Shown one piece after another: positions 1 through 10,578 of a DNA stretch of 64,000 nt (position 1 is the stretch's first letter; the number at the start of each line of letters is the position of its first letter). The position numbers were made by a program, and so were the translations under genes. Where the stretch lies: the NCBI GenBank assembly GCA_963734355.1, contig CAVTHU010000044.1, forward strand, positions 86,273 through 150,272. The letters run 5' to 3'. Source of the DNA: an uncultured Actinomycetota bacterium. Lineage in GTDB: Bacteria; Actinomycetota; Actinomycetes; Propionibacteriales; Nocardioidaceae. The notes under the pieces were generated by a model that was given only the letters and a program-made list of their open reading frames with translations, was not told the DNA's origin and searched no databases.

Positions 1-465
1 CTCCAGGGCGCCGACGAGGATCGACGCGCCCCGGCGGGTGAGGAGCGCCTGGCGGCCGCTGTTCGCCGTACGCCGGTGGATGATCGCGATCTCGAGCGGG
101 AGCCACACGACGTACGCGCCCTGGATCGCCCACCCGATGAGGAACGTCGTGAAGCCCGGCGCGAAGACCAGCACCCACGAGCCCAGCGCGGTGACCGCGG
201 TCGACAGCAGCAGCACCTTCTTGTGGCCGACCAGGTCTCCGAGCCGAGCCAACGGCGGCACCACGAGCGCGGAGACGATCAGCTGCGCCGCCTCGAACCA
301 GTTGACGTCGGCGTCCTTGATCGAGAGGTGGTCGGCGATGTCGCTGAAGATCGGCGTGTAGTAGCCCTGCAGCACACCGCTGGCGAGCTCGACGCAGACC
401 AGGAAGCCGACGATCGCGAACAGGCCGGGCACCGGCCGCACGGGTTGGGCGGTCGTGGCGCTCAT
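1..465 (-). CDS. MFS transporter (5' part; runs off the window edge)
   Basis: ATG at 465 abuts the upstream stop; my translation MSATT...ELASGVLQGYYTP...LARLGDLVGHKKVLL has hydrophobic helices and an MFS motif-A-like loop. Confidence 0.8.
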   Translation of the reverse strand, partial: MSATTAQPVRPVPGLFAIVGFLVCVELASGVLQGYYTPIFSDIADHLSIKDADVNWFEAAQLIVSALVVPPLARLGDLVGHKKVLLLSTAVTALGSWVLVFAPGFTTFLIGWAIQGAYVVWLPLEIAIIHRRTANSGRQALLTRRGASILVGALE

Positions 466-1819
466 CTAGGTGAGCCGCTCGATCAGCCGTTGGTACCAGC
501 GAACGCCGTCGAGGAACGCGTCGACTCCGAGATGCTCGTCGTAGGAGTGGATGGCCTCGCGCTGGGCCTTGGTCATGCGGAACGGCGCGAACCGGTAGAC
601 CCGGTCGGAGATGGCGGCGAAGGTGCGGGAGTCGGTCGCCGCCATCATCACGTAGGGCGCGGGGATCGCGTCCGGGAAGACCTCGCTGATCGTGTCCTCG
701 ATCAGGCGGAACGCCTCGTCCTCCGCGTCGGCCGTGGAGTACGGCGACAGCGGGCTGGGCTCGTAGGCCTCGACGACGTCGATCTCGACCTTGTCGTCGC
801 CGATCACCTTGCGGACGTGGGCGAGCACGGTCTCGGAGGTGTCGCCGAGCATGATCCGGATGTTCACGCCGGCCGTGGCGGTCTGGGCGATCACGTTGAG
901 GGCCGGGCTGCCGCTCAGCGTGGTGATCGCGAACGTCGTGCGGGCCATCGCGGCGCTCTCCGGCCCCATCGCGGTCAGGATGCGCGCGAGCGCAGGACCG
1001 AGGCGGCCGGCGTTGGCCATGAGGGTCCGCATGGGGAGCGGAGCGTGGGGTGCAAGCCGGCGAAAGAGCTCGACCGTCGGTGCCGGAACGCTCGAGGGCA
1101 TCGGGGAGCGGTCGAGCCGGGTGATCGCCCGGGCCAGCCGCGCGGTCGGTCCCATCCGGGCCGGGGTGGAGGCATGGCCGCCGCGGCCCTCGACCCGCAG
1201 CTCGATCGACATGATGCCCTTCTCGGTCACCCCGACGACACCGACGGGCTTGCCGATGCCGGCGAAGGCGTCGTGGGCGATCGCCCCGCCCTCGTCGACC
1301 ACGAACCAGGGCCGGACGTCGCGGCGTTCGAGCTCGGCGACCGCCAGCTCGGCCGCCGTACCGAACACCTCCTCGTCACAGCCGAAGGAGAGCCACACGT
1401 CCTGCGCGGGCGTGAAGTCGGCGCTCGAGCAGGGTCTCGACGGCTTCACAGATCCCGACCAGGCAACCCTTGTCGTCCAGGGTGCCGCGGCCCCAGATCT
1501 GGCCGTCGACGACCGCGCCGCTGAACGCGTCGTGCTGCCAGGTGCCCCCGACCGGCACGACGTCGCTGTGGGCCATCAGCACGATCGGCCGCGCGGCGCT
1601 CGAGCCGGGCCAGTGGAAGAGCAGCCCGTGGGTGTGCACCCTCGTCAGCTCGAGCCGCTCGTGCAGCAGCGGGAACTGGCGCGCGAGCTCCTCGACGAAC
1701 GTGTCGAACGCCGCGGTGTCGACCCGCTCGGGCTCGCGGTAGGAGACGGTCGGGATCCGGATCAGTGCCTGCAGCTTCTGCACTGCGCGCGGTGGCTCCT
1801 CGGCACCTCCCTCAGCCAT
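466..1819 (-). CDS. M20/M25/M40 metallopeptidase (PM20D1/CPS-like), frameshifted near 1410
   Basis: ORF 1376..1819 has AHSDVVP and GRGTLDDKG; ORF 466..1449 has GCDEE, GGHAS, ATDSR, IHSYDE; together they make one M20 enzyme. Confidence 0.85.
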
Positions 1820-1828
1820 GCCCGGACC

Positions 1829-2689
1829 CTAGTCGGCCCGGAACTGCGGCTGCACCACCTCGTGAAGCCAGTCGTCGAGCCGCCGCAGCTGCTCGGGGTC
1901 GCCGAACATCGCCGGCTTCCCCGGCGGCGGAAGGAACCCGACGGCGTCCATGACCAGCCAGTGGCGGTCGGGGGGCTCGTCCGTGTGCCCTGCGTACGCC
2001 GCGAGGAACGCCCGCGCAGGCTCTGGGGCGAAGGCCACCGCGAGGTTGGTGGCCGCGTGGGCGGCGTCGAGCCACCGCGGACCCGTCGAGGTCTCGACCC
2101 AGTCGACGACTCCGGTGACGGTCGGACCGTCCCAGAGCAGGTTGCGGTGGCTGAAGTCGCGGTGCAGGAAGGTGGGCAGGTAGGCCGGCGCCGCGCCGGC
2201 CAGGAGCTCGAAGGCCGCGCGCCAGGAGCCGGGGTGGCGGCTCCAGGCCGGCACCTGCCACTTCGCCTCCCAGGCCCAGGACTCGAAGGCGCGGAACGGT
2301 GCGTCCGGCTGCACGGTGTGGATCTCCGCGAGCAGCGCGGCCATCGTGGTGAGGCTCGCGTCGTCGACGTCGGAGGCGGGCCGTCCCGGCAGGCGGGTCA
2401 TGAGGTGCGCTGCGACCCCGGCCGCGGTGCCGTCGGCGTCCAGGGCGAGGCTCTGCGGGGCCGGCACAGGCGTGCCGGCCAGGGCCGTGAACGCCGCGTG
2501 CTCCCGACGGGTGAGGGCGGCGCCGTGGCTCCGCCACGGTTCCTGGGTCATCAACCGCAGGATCGAGCGCCGCCCGGTGGAGTCGACCAGCGACAGCATC
2601 GTCGAGGTCATCCCGCCCGCGAGCTCGACCACGTCAGTGACCTCGGCCCCGAGGGCGACTCCGGCCCAGGCCAGGGCCTCGGACCGCAC
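1829..2689 (-). CDS. Aminoglycoside phosphotransferase/kinase-like family protein
   Basis: LAGGMTS, HRDFSHRNLL (Brenner motif) and VVDW motifs. Confidence 0.85.
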   Translation of the reverse strand: MRSEALAWAGVALGAEVTDVVELAGGMTSTMLSLVDSTGRRSILRLMTQEPWRSHGAALTRREHAAFTALAGTPVPAPQSLALDADGTAAGVAAHLMTRLPGRPASDVDDASLTTMAALLAEIHTVQPDAPFRAFESWAWEAKWQVPAWSRHPGSWRAAFELLAGAAPAYLPTFLHRDFSHRNLLWDGPTVTGVVDWVETSTGPRWLDAAHAATNLAVAFAPEPARAFLAAYAGHTDEPPDRHWLVMDAVGFLPPPGKPAMFGDPEQLRRLDDWLHEVVQPQFRAD

Positions 2690-2692
2690 CGG

Positions 2693-3301
2693 TCAGCGGC
2701 CCCAGCGGCCGCGGTGGACGAGCTCGCTGAGCTCGCGGCGCTTCCTGGAACGCGGTGACCCCGAGGGCCGCTCGCCGCCGGCCCGGTGACCGATCGTGAT
2801 CACGCCGACCGGGTCGTGGTCGTCGGGGATGCCGAACGCCGCACGCACGGCAGCGTCCTTGTCCGGGGGGACGCCGATGAAGCAGCTGCCCAGCCCGGCG
2901 GCGGTGGCGGTCTGCAGGATCAGCAGGCTCGCCATCGCCGTGTCCAGGTGCCAGAACGGCATCGGCCAGCGCGCCTCGTCCTGGTCGGTCCAGCCCTTGT
3001 CGTCCTCGGCGTACCGCTCCAGGTACGCCCTCTTGCTGGAGCACGGCAGGATCACCACCGGTGCGCCCATCATCCCGGCCAGCCAGCTGTCGGGGTGGTC
3101 GAGGTCGTCGGCGGCGGCCGCCCAGAAGCGGCGTACGTCGTCCGGTGAGTCGAGCACCAGGAACGCCCAGCCCTGGCTGAACCCGGCGCTCGGTGCGCGT
3201 ACCGCGTTGGCCAGCGCGAGGTCGATCACCGCCGGGTCGACCGGCTCGTCGCTGTAGTCGCGGACCATGCGCCGGTGGCGGACCACCTCCTGGAACTCCA
3301 T
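2693..3301 (-). CDS. Nitroreductase family protein
   Basis: MEFQEVVRHRRMVRDY, RAPSAGFSQGW, AAGLGSCFIG; start placed at ATG 3301. Confidence 0.85.
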   Translation of the reverse strand: MEFQEVVRHRRMVRDYSDEPVDPAVIDLALANAVRAPSAGFSQGWAFLVLDSPDDVRRFWAAAADDLDHPDSWLAGMMGAPVVILPCSSKRAYLERYAEDDKGWTDQDEARWPMPFWHLDTAMASLLILQTATAAGLGSCFIGVPPDKDAAVRAAFGIPDDHDPVGVITIGHRAGGERPSGSPRSRKRRELSELVHRGRWGR

Positions 3302-3386
3302 GTCGCCAGTATGCGGATCTCGGATCCGAGACCTCGCGACCGGCGCGCTGGTGGCGCCGCGACCCGTGGCTGCGTTGGATGGGGGC

Positions 3387-4580
3387 GTGCCCCCCACTCC
3401 AGCCGACTTCGAACGGATGTGGTCCGACCTGGCGCCCGTCGGGCGGTCGGCGACGTCGGGTGGCTACTTCCGCCAGCCGTTCACCCAACCCGAGCGCGAG
3501 CTCGCCGACTGGTTCCGGGAGCAGGCCTCCTCGCGCGGCCTCGCGCTCGAGTCCGACGACACCGGCAACCTCGTCGCGTGGTGGCGCGCCGGCTCCGGTC
3601 CTGGCGTCCTGACCGGCTCGCACCTCGACTCGGTGCTCGACGGCGGGGCGTACGACGGACCGCTCGGCGTGGTCTCGGCGCTGGCCGCGATCGACGAGCT
3701 GCGGTCGCGCGGCGTCGTGCCCGCCAGGCCGATCGGGGTCTCGGTGTTCGTCGAGGAGGAGGGGTCGCGGTTCGGGCTGGCCTGCCTCGGCTCGCGGCTG
3801 GCGGCCGGGGCGATCACCTGGGAGAAGGCACGAGTGCTGCGGGACCGCGACGGCGTGGCCTTCGAGGAGGTCGTGGAGGGCGGCGGTCCGGGGCTTCTCG
3901 AGGGCGTCGGGGTGTTCGTGGAGCTGCACGTCGAGCAGGGCCGCGACCTGGTCGACCGCGGTGCGGCGGTCGGGGTGGCCAGTGAGATCTGGCCACACGG
4001 CCGCTACCGCTTCGACTTCGCGGGCCAGGCCAACCACGCGGGCTCGACACGGATGGAGGACCGCGCCGACCCGATGCTCACCTACGCGATGACCGCTCTG
4101 GCCGCCAACAAGCAGGCCCGGCTGGCGGGTGAGCGCGCGACGTTCGGCCGGGTCGAGGTGACGCCCAACGGCACGAACGCCGTGCCGTCGCAGGTGCTGG
4201 CCTGGCTGGACGCGCGCTGCTCGTCGGAGCCTGCGCTGGCCGAGCTCGTCGAGACCGTCACCCGGCAGGCGACTGAGCGCGCCGCGCGCGACGGCACCGC
4301 TGTCGACGTCACCGCGGAGTCGGTCTCCGGGGCGGTCGCGTTCGACCCCGACCTGGCCCGCCGGATCGCCGAGGACCACGAGGACGGCGACTGGCCGATC
4401 ATCCCGACCGCGGCCGGCCACGACGCCGGAATCCTTTCTGCGCAAGGGATTCCGACCGCGATGCTCTTCGTCCGCAACCCCACCGGCGTCTCCCACTCGC
4501 CGGCCGAGACGGCGTCGATCCCGGACTGCCTGGCCGGCGTGCACGCGCTCGCCGAGACGCTCGAGCGGCTGGCCACGTGA
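3387..4580 (+). CDS. Allantoate amidohydrolase-family Zn hydrolase (probable N-formylglutamate deformylase in hut context)
   Basis: GSHLDSV..GGAYDG, EEEGSRF, ELHVEQG, NHAG, AGHDA, SHSPAE; probable leaderless GTG after TTGGAT; overlaps hutF start. Confidence 0.8.
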   Translation: MPPTPADFERMWSDLAPVGRSATSGGYFRQPFTQPERELADWFREQASSRGLALESDDTGNLVAWWRAGSGPGVLTGSHLDSVLDGGAYDGPLGVVSALAAIDELRSRGVVPARPIGVSVFVEEEGSRFGLACLGSRLAAGAITWEKARVLRDRDGVAFEEVVEGGGPGLLEGVGVFVELHVEQGRDLVDRGAAVGVASEIWPHGRYRFDFAGQANHAGSTRMEDRADPMLTYAMTALAANKQARLAGERATFGRVEVTPNGTNAVPSQVLAWLDARCSSEPALAELVETVTRQATERAARDGTAVDVTAESVSGAVAFDPDLARRIAEDHEDGDWPIIPTAAGHDAGILSAQGIPTAMLFVRNPTGVSHSPAETASIPDCLAGVHALAETLERLAT

Positions 4581-5903
4581 CGTCGTACCTGCTCGAGCGG
4601 GCCTGGGTCGACGGCGCGGTTCACGACGACGTGCTCGTCGAGATCGACGATGGGCGGTTCACCAAGGTCGAACTTGTCGAGCGTGTCGCCGACTTGTCGG
4701 GCATTGCAATGCCCGACAACCCTGGGAATCCCCGGTCGACCGGGGATCCCACCCGGTTGGCGGGCCTCACCATCCCCGGCCTGGCGAACTGCCACAGCCA
4801 CGCCTTCCACCGGGCGCTCCGCGGCCGGACCCAGCGGGAGCGGGGGACGTTCTGGACCTGGCGCGACCCTGATGTACGACGTCGCCGGGCGGCTGGAGCC
4901 GGAGTCCTACTTCGCCCTGGCGCGGGCGACGTACCGCGAGATGCTCGCCGCCGGCATCACGTCGGTGGGGGAGTTCCACTACCTGCACCACCGGCCCGAC
5001 GGGGCGGCGTACGACGAGCCGAACGCGATGCGGCACGCGCTCGAGTCCGCAGCCGACGAGGTGGGGCTGCGGCTCTGCCTGCTCGACACGGCCTACTTCT
5101 CCAGCGGCTTCGGCGAGCCTGTCGAGGGAGCGCAGCGACGGTTCAGCGACGGCGATGCCGAGCGCTGGGCGGCGCGCGCCGGCGACGGGCCGGCGGCGAT
5201 CCACTCCGTCCGCGCGGTGCCGCGCGAGCAGCTGCCGGCCTTCCGGGGCCGGGCGCCGCTGCACGTCCACCTGTCCGAGCAGGTCGCCGAGAACGACGCC
5301 TGCCTCGCGGCGTACGGCGTCACCCCCACCCGGCTGCTGCACGGGGCCGACCTGCTCGGCCCGGACACCACGGTGGTGCACGCGACGCACCTGACCGACG
5401 ACGACATCGAGCTGCTCGGCACCACCGGCACCAACGTCTGCATCACGCCGACCACCGAGCGTGACCTCGCCGACGGCATCGGGCCCGGCGCGCGGCTCGC
5501 GCGGGCGGGGTGCCGGGTCACGCTGGGCAGCGACAGCCATGCGGTCATCGACCCGTTCGAGGAGATGCGCGGGCTGGAGATGGACGAGCGGCTGGCCAGC
5601 CAGGAGCGCGGGCACTGGACCGCCGCCCAGCTGCTGGACGCGGCGACCGGGCACGCGACGCTGGGGTTCGCCGACGCCGGCGCCATCGCGGTCGGCCAGC
5701 GGGCCGACCTGGTCACCCTCGACACCGCCAGCCCGCGGACCGCGGGCACCGGCGCGGACGAGCACACGGCGGCGTTCGCGGCGACGGCGGCAGACGTCGT
5801 CCAGGTGGTCGCCGACGGCCGAGTCGCGTACACGAAGGGCGACGACGAGGAGATCGGGCGCGAGCTCGACGAGGCGATTGGAGCGCTGTGGCCACGACGC
5901 TGA
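4577..5903 (+). CDS. hutF: Formimidoylglutamate deiminase, frameshifted near 4868
   Basis: [17 protein letters not shown]...FWTWR in one frame continues as MYDVA...[31 protein letters not shown] in another. Confidence 0.88.
4667..4757. repeat. In-frame palindromic (REP-like) insert within hutF
   Basis: Perfect 26-bp palindrome 4694-4719 and a second hairpin GGAATCCCCGG-TCGA-CCGGGGATCCC at 4725-4750. Confidence 0.7.
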
Positions 5904-7069
5904 TCACCCACATCGGCGAGCTCGTCACGAACGACCCCCAGCGATCGACAGGGCCGGACGACCTCCTCGGTGCGCTGACCGACGCGGCTCTCGTCGTGGA
6001 GGGCAACCGCGTCGCCTGGGTCGGCCCGGCGTCCGAGGCTCCCGCCGCCGACGAGGTGGTCGACGCCGGCGGCAGGACGGTGCTCCCCGGCTTCGTCGAC
6101 AGCCACAGCCACCTGGTCTTCGCGGGCGACCGGGCCCAGGAGTTCGCCGCGCGGATGGCGGGGGAGTCGTACGCCGCCGGCGGCATCCGCACCACCGTCG
6201 CCGCGACCCGCGCCGCGACAGATGAGCAGCTGACAGCCCACGTCGCGCGGCTGGTCCAGGAGATGGCCCGGCAGGGCACCACGACGGTCGAGATCAAGTC
6301 GGGCTACGGCCTCACCGTCCACGACGAGGCGCGCAGCCTGGCCGTGGCAAGGCAGTTCACCGACGAGACCACCTTCCTGGGCGCGCACGTCGTCCCGGCG
6401 GAGTACGCCGACGACCCGGCCGGCTATGTCGAGCTGGTGACCGGCCCGATGCTCGAGGCCGCGGCGCCGTACGCGCGCTGGGTGGACGCGTTCTGCGAGG
6501 AGGGTGCCTTCGACGTCGACCAGGCGCGCGCGGTGCTCGCCGCCGGGGCGGCGCACGGCCTCGAGGGACGGCTGCACGCCAGCCAGCTCGGCCCGGGTCC
6601 CGGCGTACTGCTCGCCGCGGAGCTGGGCCTGGCCGCGGTCGACCACTGCACCTACCTCACCGACGCGGACGTCGACGCCCTCCGCGACTCCGGGACGATC
6701 GCGACCCTGCTGCCCGGCGTGGAGTTCTCGACCAGGCAGCCCTACCCCGACGCGCGCCGACTGCTCGACGCCGGCGTCACGGTCGCGCTGGCCAGCGACT
6801 GCAACCCCGGCTCGAGCTTCACCAGCTCGGTGCCGCTGTGCATCGCGCTGGCCGTCCGCGAGATGGGGATGACCCCGGCCGAGGCGGTGCACGCCGCGAC
6901 GTACGGCGGCGCGCAGGCCCTGCTCCGCGACGACGTCGGCCGGCTCACCGTCGGTGCGCGCGCCGACCTGCTCTTGCTGGACGCGCCGTCGCACGTCCAC
7001 CTGGCCTACCGGCCCGGAGTACCGCTGGTCTCGGGCGTCTGGACTGGTGGCCGACCGGTCTTGTCCTGA
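5888..7069 (+). CDS. hutI: Imidazolonepropionase
   Basis: [46 protein letters not shown]; GTG start at 5888 overlaps hutF end. Confidence 0.92.
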   Translation: MATTLITHIGELVTNDPQRSTGPDDLLGALTDAALVVEGNRVAWVGPASEAPAADEVVDAGGRTVLPGFVDSHSHLVFAGDRAQEFAARMAGESYAAGGIRTTVAATRAATDEQLTAHVARLVQEMARQGTTTVEIKSGYGLTVHDEARSLAVARQFTDETTFLGAHVVPAEYADDPAGYVELVTGPMLEAAAPYARWVDAFCEEGAFDVDQARAVLAAGAAHGLEGRLHASQLGPGPGVLLAAELGLAAVDHCTYLTDADVDALRDSGTIATLLPGVEFSTRQPYPDARRLLDAGVTVALASDCNPGSSFTSSVPLCIALAVREMGMTPAEAVHAATYGGAQALLRDDVGRLTVGARADLLLLDAPSHVHLAYRPGVPLVSGVWTGGRPVLS

Positions 7070-7135
7070 CCCGCTCCCTCAGGGACGTGTGGGGCTGGTG
7101 TGACACGTGAGGCAATGCCCGAGCGCGATCTTCGG

Positions 7136-7213
7136 CCCAGGTGTCGGTTCTAAGGCACCCCGCTCGTCGCCTAGGTGTCAGAGATAAGGCACCTTCCCGA
7201 TGTGGGTGCCTAC
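7136..7213 (+). promoter_or_regulatory. Tandem 24-bp direct repeats, candidate LuxR/LAL operator
   Basis: CCCAGGTGTCGGTTCTAAGGCACC (7136-7159), CCTAGGTGTCAGAGATAAGGCACC (7170-7193) and an inverted half-site GGGTGCCTAC (7204-7213). Confidence 0.5.
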
Positions 7214-7275
7214 CTCAGACGGCGATCTTTGTGATCACCAGGCAGTACCAAGACCAACTGAGGAGCACACCAGCC

Positions 7276-7419
7276 ATGGAGTTCAACACCTACGACACCT
7301 ACCAGGCCGAGATCGCATACCGGAGCAACCGGGTCCGCAAGGACGTGGGCCGCACCAGCCGCCGCGTCCGGGTCCCGTTCGTACGCCGGCCCGCCGAGGC
7401 CACCCGCAACGCCCACTGA
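7276..7419 (+). CDS. Small 47-aa Arg-rich hypothetical protein
   Basis: GAGGAG RBS upstream of ATG 7276; high-GC3 codons; MEFNTYDTYQAEIAYRSNRVRK... Confidence 0.65.
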   Translation: MEFNTYDTYQAEIAYRSNRVRKDVGRTSRRVRVPFVRRPAEATRNAH

Positions 7420-7503
7420 CCCGCCGACGTTGAGCTCGGATGAGCATCGACACGGCGCCGGAGAAGCAAAGCGGTGCAGGAGCAGACAACTGAACAAGGG
7501 ATC

Positions 7504-10486
7504 ATGGACGGTGTGGCCGTACACACGACCAGCCGGACCCTGATCGGCCGAGACGCCGAGCTGACGGAGATTGCTTCGTTGCTCGGCGTCCGGTCGTCTG
7601 CGCCCGGCGACGGGAACGCGCCCCCGGAGCCGGTTCACGTCGTGCTCTCCGGTGATGCCGGAGTCGGCAAGACGCGGCTGCTGGTGGAGCTGCGCGACCT
7701 CGCGGTCGAGGAGGGATGGCGCGTGGTCGCCGGGCACTGCCTGGACTTCGGCGACAGCGCACTGCCGTACCTTCCTTTCTCCGAGGTGCTGGGCCGGCTC
7801 CAGGCCGAGCTGCCCGAGGTCGTCGAGCGGGTGGCCGAGGCGCACCAGTCGCTGGCTCGGCTCCAACCAGGTCGTCGCGTGCTCGCCGCCCCCGACGGCG
7901 CCCCCGCCTCCGCCCGGGTCGAGGGCGAGATGCTCGACCGGGCCGACCTGTTCGCCGCGGTGCACTCCCTGCTGGAGGAGGCTGCGGCGGTGTCCCCGGT
8001 GCTGCTGGTCATCGAGGACTGCCACTGGGCCGACCAGTCGACCCGCGACCTGCTCAGCTTCCTGTTCTCCCGGCCGTTCGAGGCGCAGGTGGCGATCGTC
8101 GCGTCGTACCGCGCCGACGACCTGCACCGCCGCCACCCCCTCCGTCGCCAGGTCGCCGAGTGGTCGCGGCTGAGCGGCGTCGAGCGGCTCCAGCTCGGCC
8201 CGCTCGGCGACGACCAGGTCCGGTTGCTGATCGCCAGCCTCTCCACGAGTGCGATCCGCGAGAAGGAGCTGAGCGCGATCGTGCGCCGCGCCGAGGGCAA
8301 CGCGTTCTTCGTCGAGGAGCTGGTCGGCGCGGCCGCCGAGCCCGGCAGCTGGGTCCCCGACGACCTCGCCGACGTGCTGCTGGTCCGCCTGGACCGACTC
8401 AACGAGTCCGCCCGGCACGTGGTCAGGGTGGCCAGCGTCGCCGGCCGCAAGGTCGCGCACGACCTGCTCGTCGCGGCGTCCGGGCTCCCGGCCATCGAGC
8501 TCGAGGAGGGGCTGCGGCAGGCCGTCGAGATGAACCTGCTGGTCCCCGGTGACGGCAGGTACGCCTTCCGGCACGCGCTCCTCGGCGAGGCGGTCTACGA
8601 CGACCTGCTGCCGGGAGAGCGGGTGCGGCTGCACGCGCAGTACGCCGAGGCGCTCAGCGAGGGCATGGGCCGCGGCACCGCCGCCGAGCTGGCCAGGCAC
8701 GCCCGGCTGGCCCACGACCTCGACACCGCGCTCGACGCCAGCATCCGGGCGGGCGACGAGGCGATGGCGGTGGCCGGCCCCGACGAGGCCGCGCACCACT
8801 ACGAGCAGGCCCTCGAGCTGCTCACCGACCCGGCCCGGCGCTCCACCTGCGAGATCGACATCTCCAAGCTGGCGGTCAGCGCCGCCGAGGCACTGACCAC
8901 CTCGGGCCAGCCGACCCGGGCCGCCAAGGTCCTCGCGGAGCAGCTCGAGCAGCTCGCGCCGGACGCGCCGGACGCCTGGCGGGCCAGGCTCCTGGCCGCC
9001 CGCGCAGACGCGGTGATGCTCACCGAGAACGTCGACACGAGCCCCCTCGACCTGATCCAGGAGGCCTTCGACCTGCTCCCCGAGGGCGTGGGTGGGCTGC
9101 GGGCCAAGGTGCTCGCCACCCAGGCCCGCGTGCTCTCGGCCTACGGCAAGTACGACGAGGCGCAGGTGGCCGGCCTCGACGCCCTGGCGCTGGCCGAGAA
9201 GCTCGACCTGCACGAGCTGGCGTCCGACGTGATCACCACGCTGAGCAACCTGAAGAAGGCCGGCCCCAAGGACGCGCTCCGCTCGGCGCTGGTCGAGGCC
9301 GTCCACCGGGCGGTCGACTCCGGCGCCATCCTGGCCGAGCTCCGCGCCCGCTACTTCCTCGGTCGCTCCTACGAGGACTGGGCCGAGTGGGCCCAGGCCG
9401 AGACGTGGTTCCGCAGCGCCGTGAAGGCCGCCGAAGACGCCGGCATCCCCTACGCGCCGTGGGGCTTCGAGTCACGGTGGCAGCTGGCGTGGATCAAGAC
9501 CGTCGACGGCGACTGGGACGAGGCGCTGCGGCTGACCGACACCAGTGGCGAACAGGTGCCGCCGATCCCGTCCGCGCTGGTCGAGAGCATCGCCCTGGTG
9601 GTCGAGGCCGGGCGCGGCGAGCCGGTGGCCGAGCGGGCCCGGGCGCTGCGCCGGTTCTGGGAGCTCGAGGGCGGTGTCGTGATCAACTCCGTGGTCGCGG
9701 AGATGGCCGAGGCCGCCCACGACGACGACCCGACCAAGGTGATCGCGGTCTACCAGGACGCCGTCGCGGTGCTGAGCCGGATCTGGCACGAGTGGTTCAG
9801 CGCCCGCATCCGGCTGGCCGCCATCACGATCGGCGCCGTCGCCGACTCGATGCCCCGGCTCAGCGGCGCCGAGCGGACCGACCTGCTGGCCGAGGTGGAG
9901 CGTCTGCACGGCGAGGGTCACACCGTGCTCAACAAGTACTCCGACCCCTCCGGCTTCTGGGGACCCGAGGGCCGCGCCTGGGTGAAGCGGCTCGACGCCG
10001 AGACCGTGCGCGCCCGCTGGCTGGCCGGGGTGGACGCGCCGCCGCAGGACGCCCTGGTCGACGTGTGGCGCGAGGCCGAGCAGGTCTTCGAGGACTTCGG
10101 CCACGTCTACGAGCTCGCGACGGTCCGCGCCGTCCTCGCCGGCATCCTGCGCGCGACCGGCGACACCGCCGCGGCGCGTGAGCTGGGCGACCAGGCCCGC
10201 GAGGTGGCCCACCGGCTCGGTGCCCAGCCGCTGCTGGAGCGGCTGCGTGCCCAGGGCAGTGCGCCGTCCCGAGCCGACGGTCCGGCGTCCGACACCCTGA
10301 CCGCCCGCGAGGGGGAGATCCTGGCGCTGGTCGCCGAGGGCCGCTCCAACGGCGAGATCGGCAAGCAGCTGTTCATCAGCGCCAAGACGGTCTCGGTGCA
10401 CGTCTCCAACATCCTGGCGAAGCTCAACGCCTCCGGACGGACCGAGGCGGCCGGCGATCGCCAGGCGGCGCGGGCTGATCGCCTGA
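7504..10486 (+). CDS. Large ATP-binding LuxR-family (LAL/STAND) regulator; +1 frameshift near 10453
   Basis: LIGRDAEL, Walker A GDAGVGKT, Walker B LLVIEDCHWAD, EGNAFFVEEL, C-terminal HTH LTAREGEIL...SAKTVSVHVSNILAKL; removing one G gives the usual ending RTEAAAIARRRGLIA* at 10486. Confidence 0.9.
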
Positions 10487-10510
10487 CGGGACGTGCCGCC
10501 TCGCTCGCTG

Positions 10511-10538
10511 GGTGTGTACACGGAGGTCGCCCGGGTAC
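10511..10538 (+). promoter_or_regulatory. Possible SigB/SigF-type promoter for the repeat-peptide unit
   Basis: GGTGT-N17-GGGTAC about 40 nt upstream of ATG 10579. Confidence 0.35.
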
Positions 10539-10578
10539 TTCACTGTCCTCACACCCACCACGTTCCAACGGAGGAACC

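Noticed and set aside
1829-2689. Aminoglycoside resistance gene
   Set aside because: Only the generic APH/kinase fold motifs; no mobile context or specific similarity that I can support
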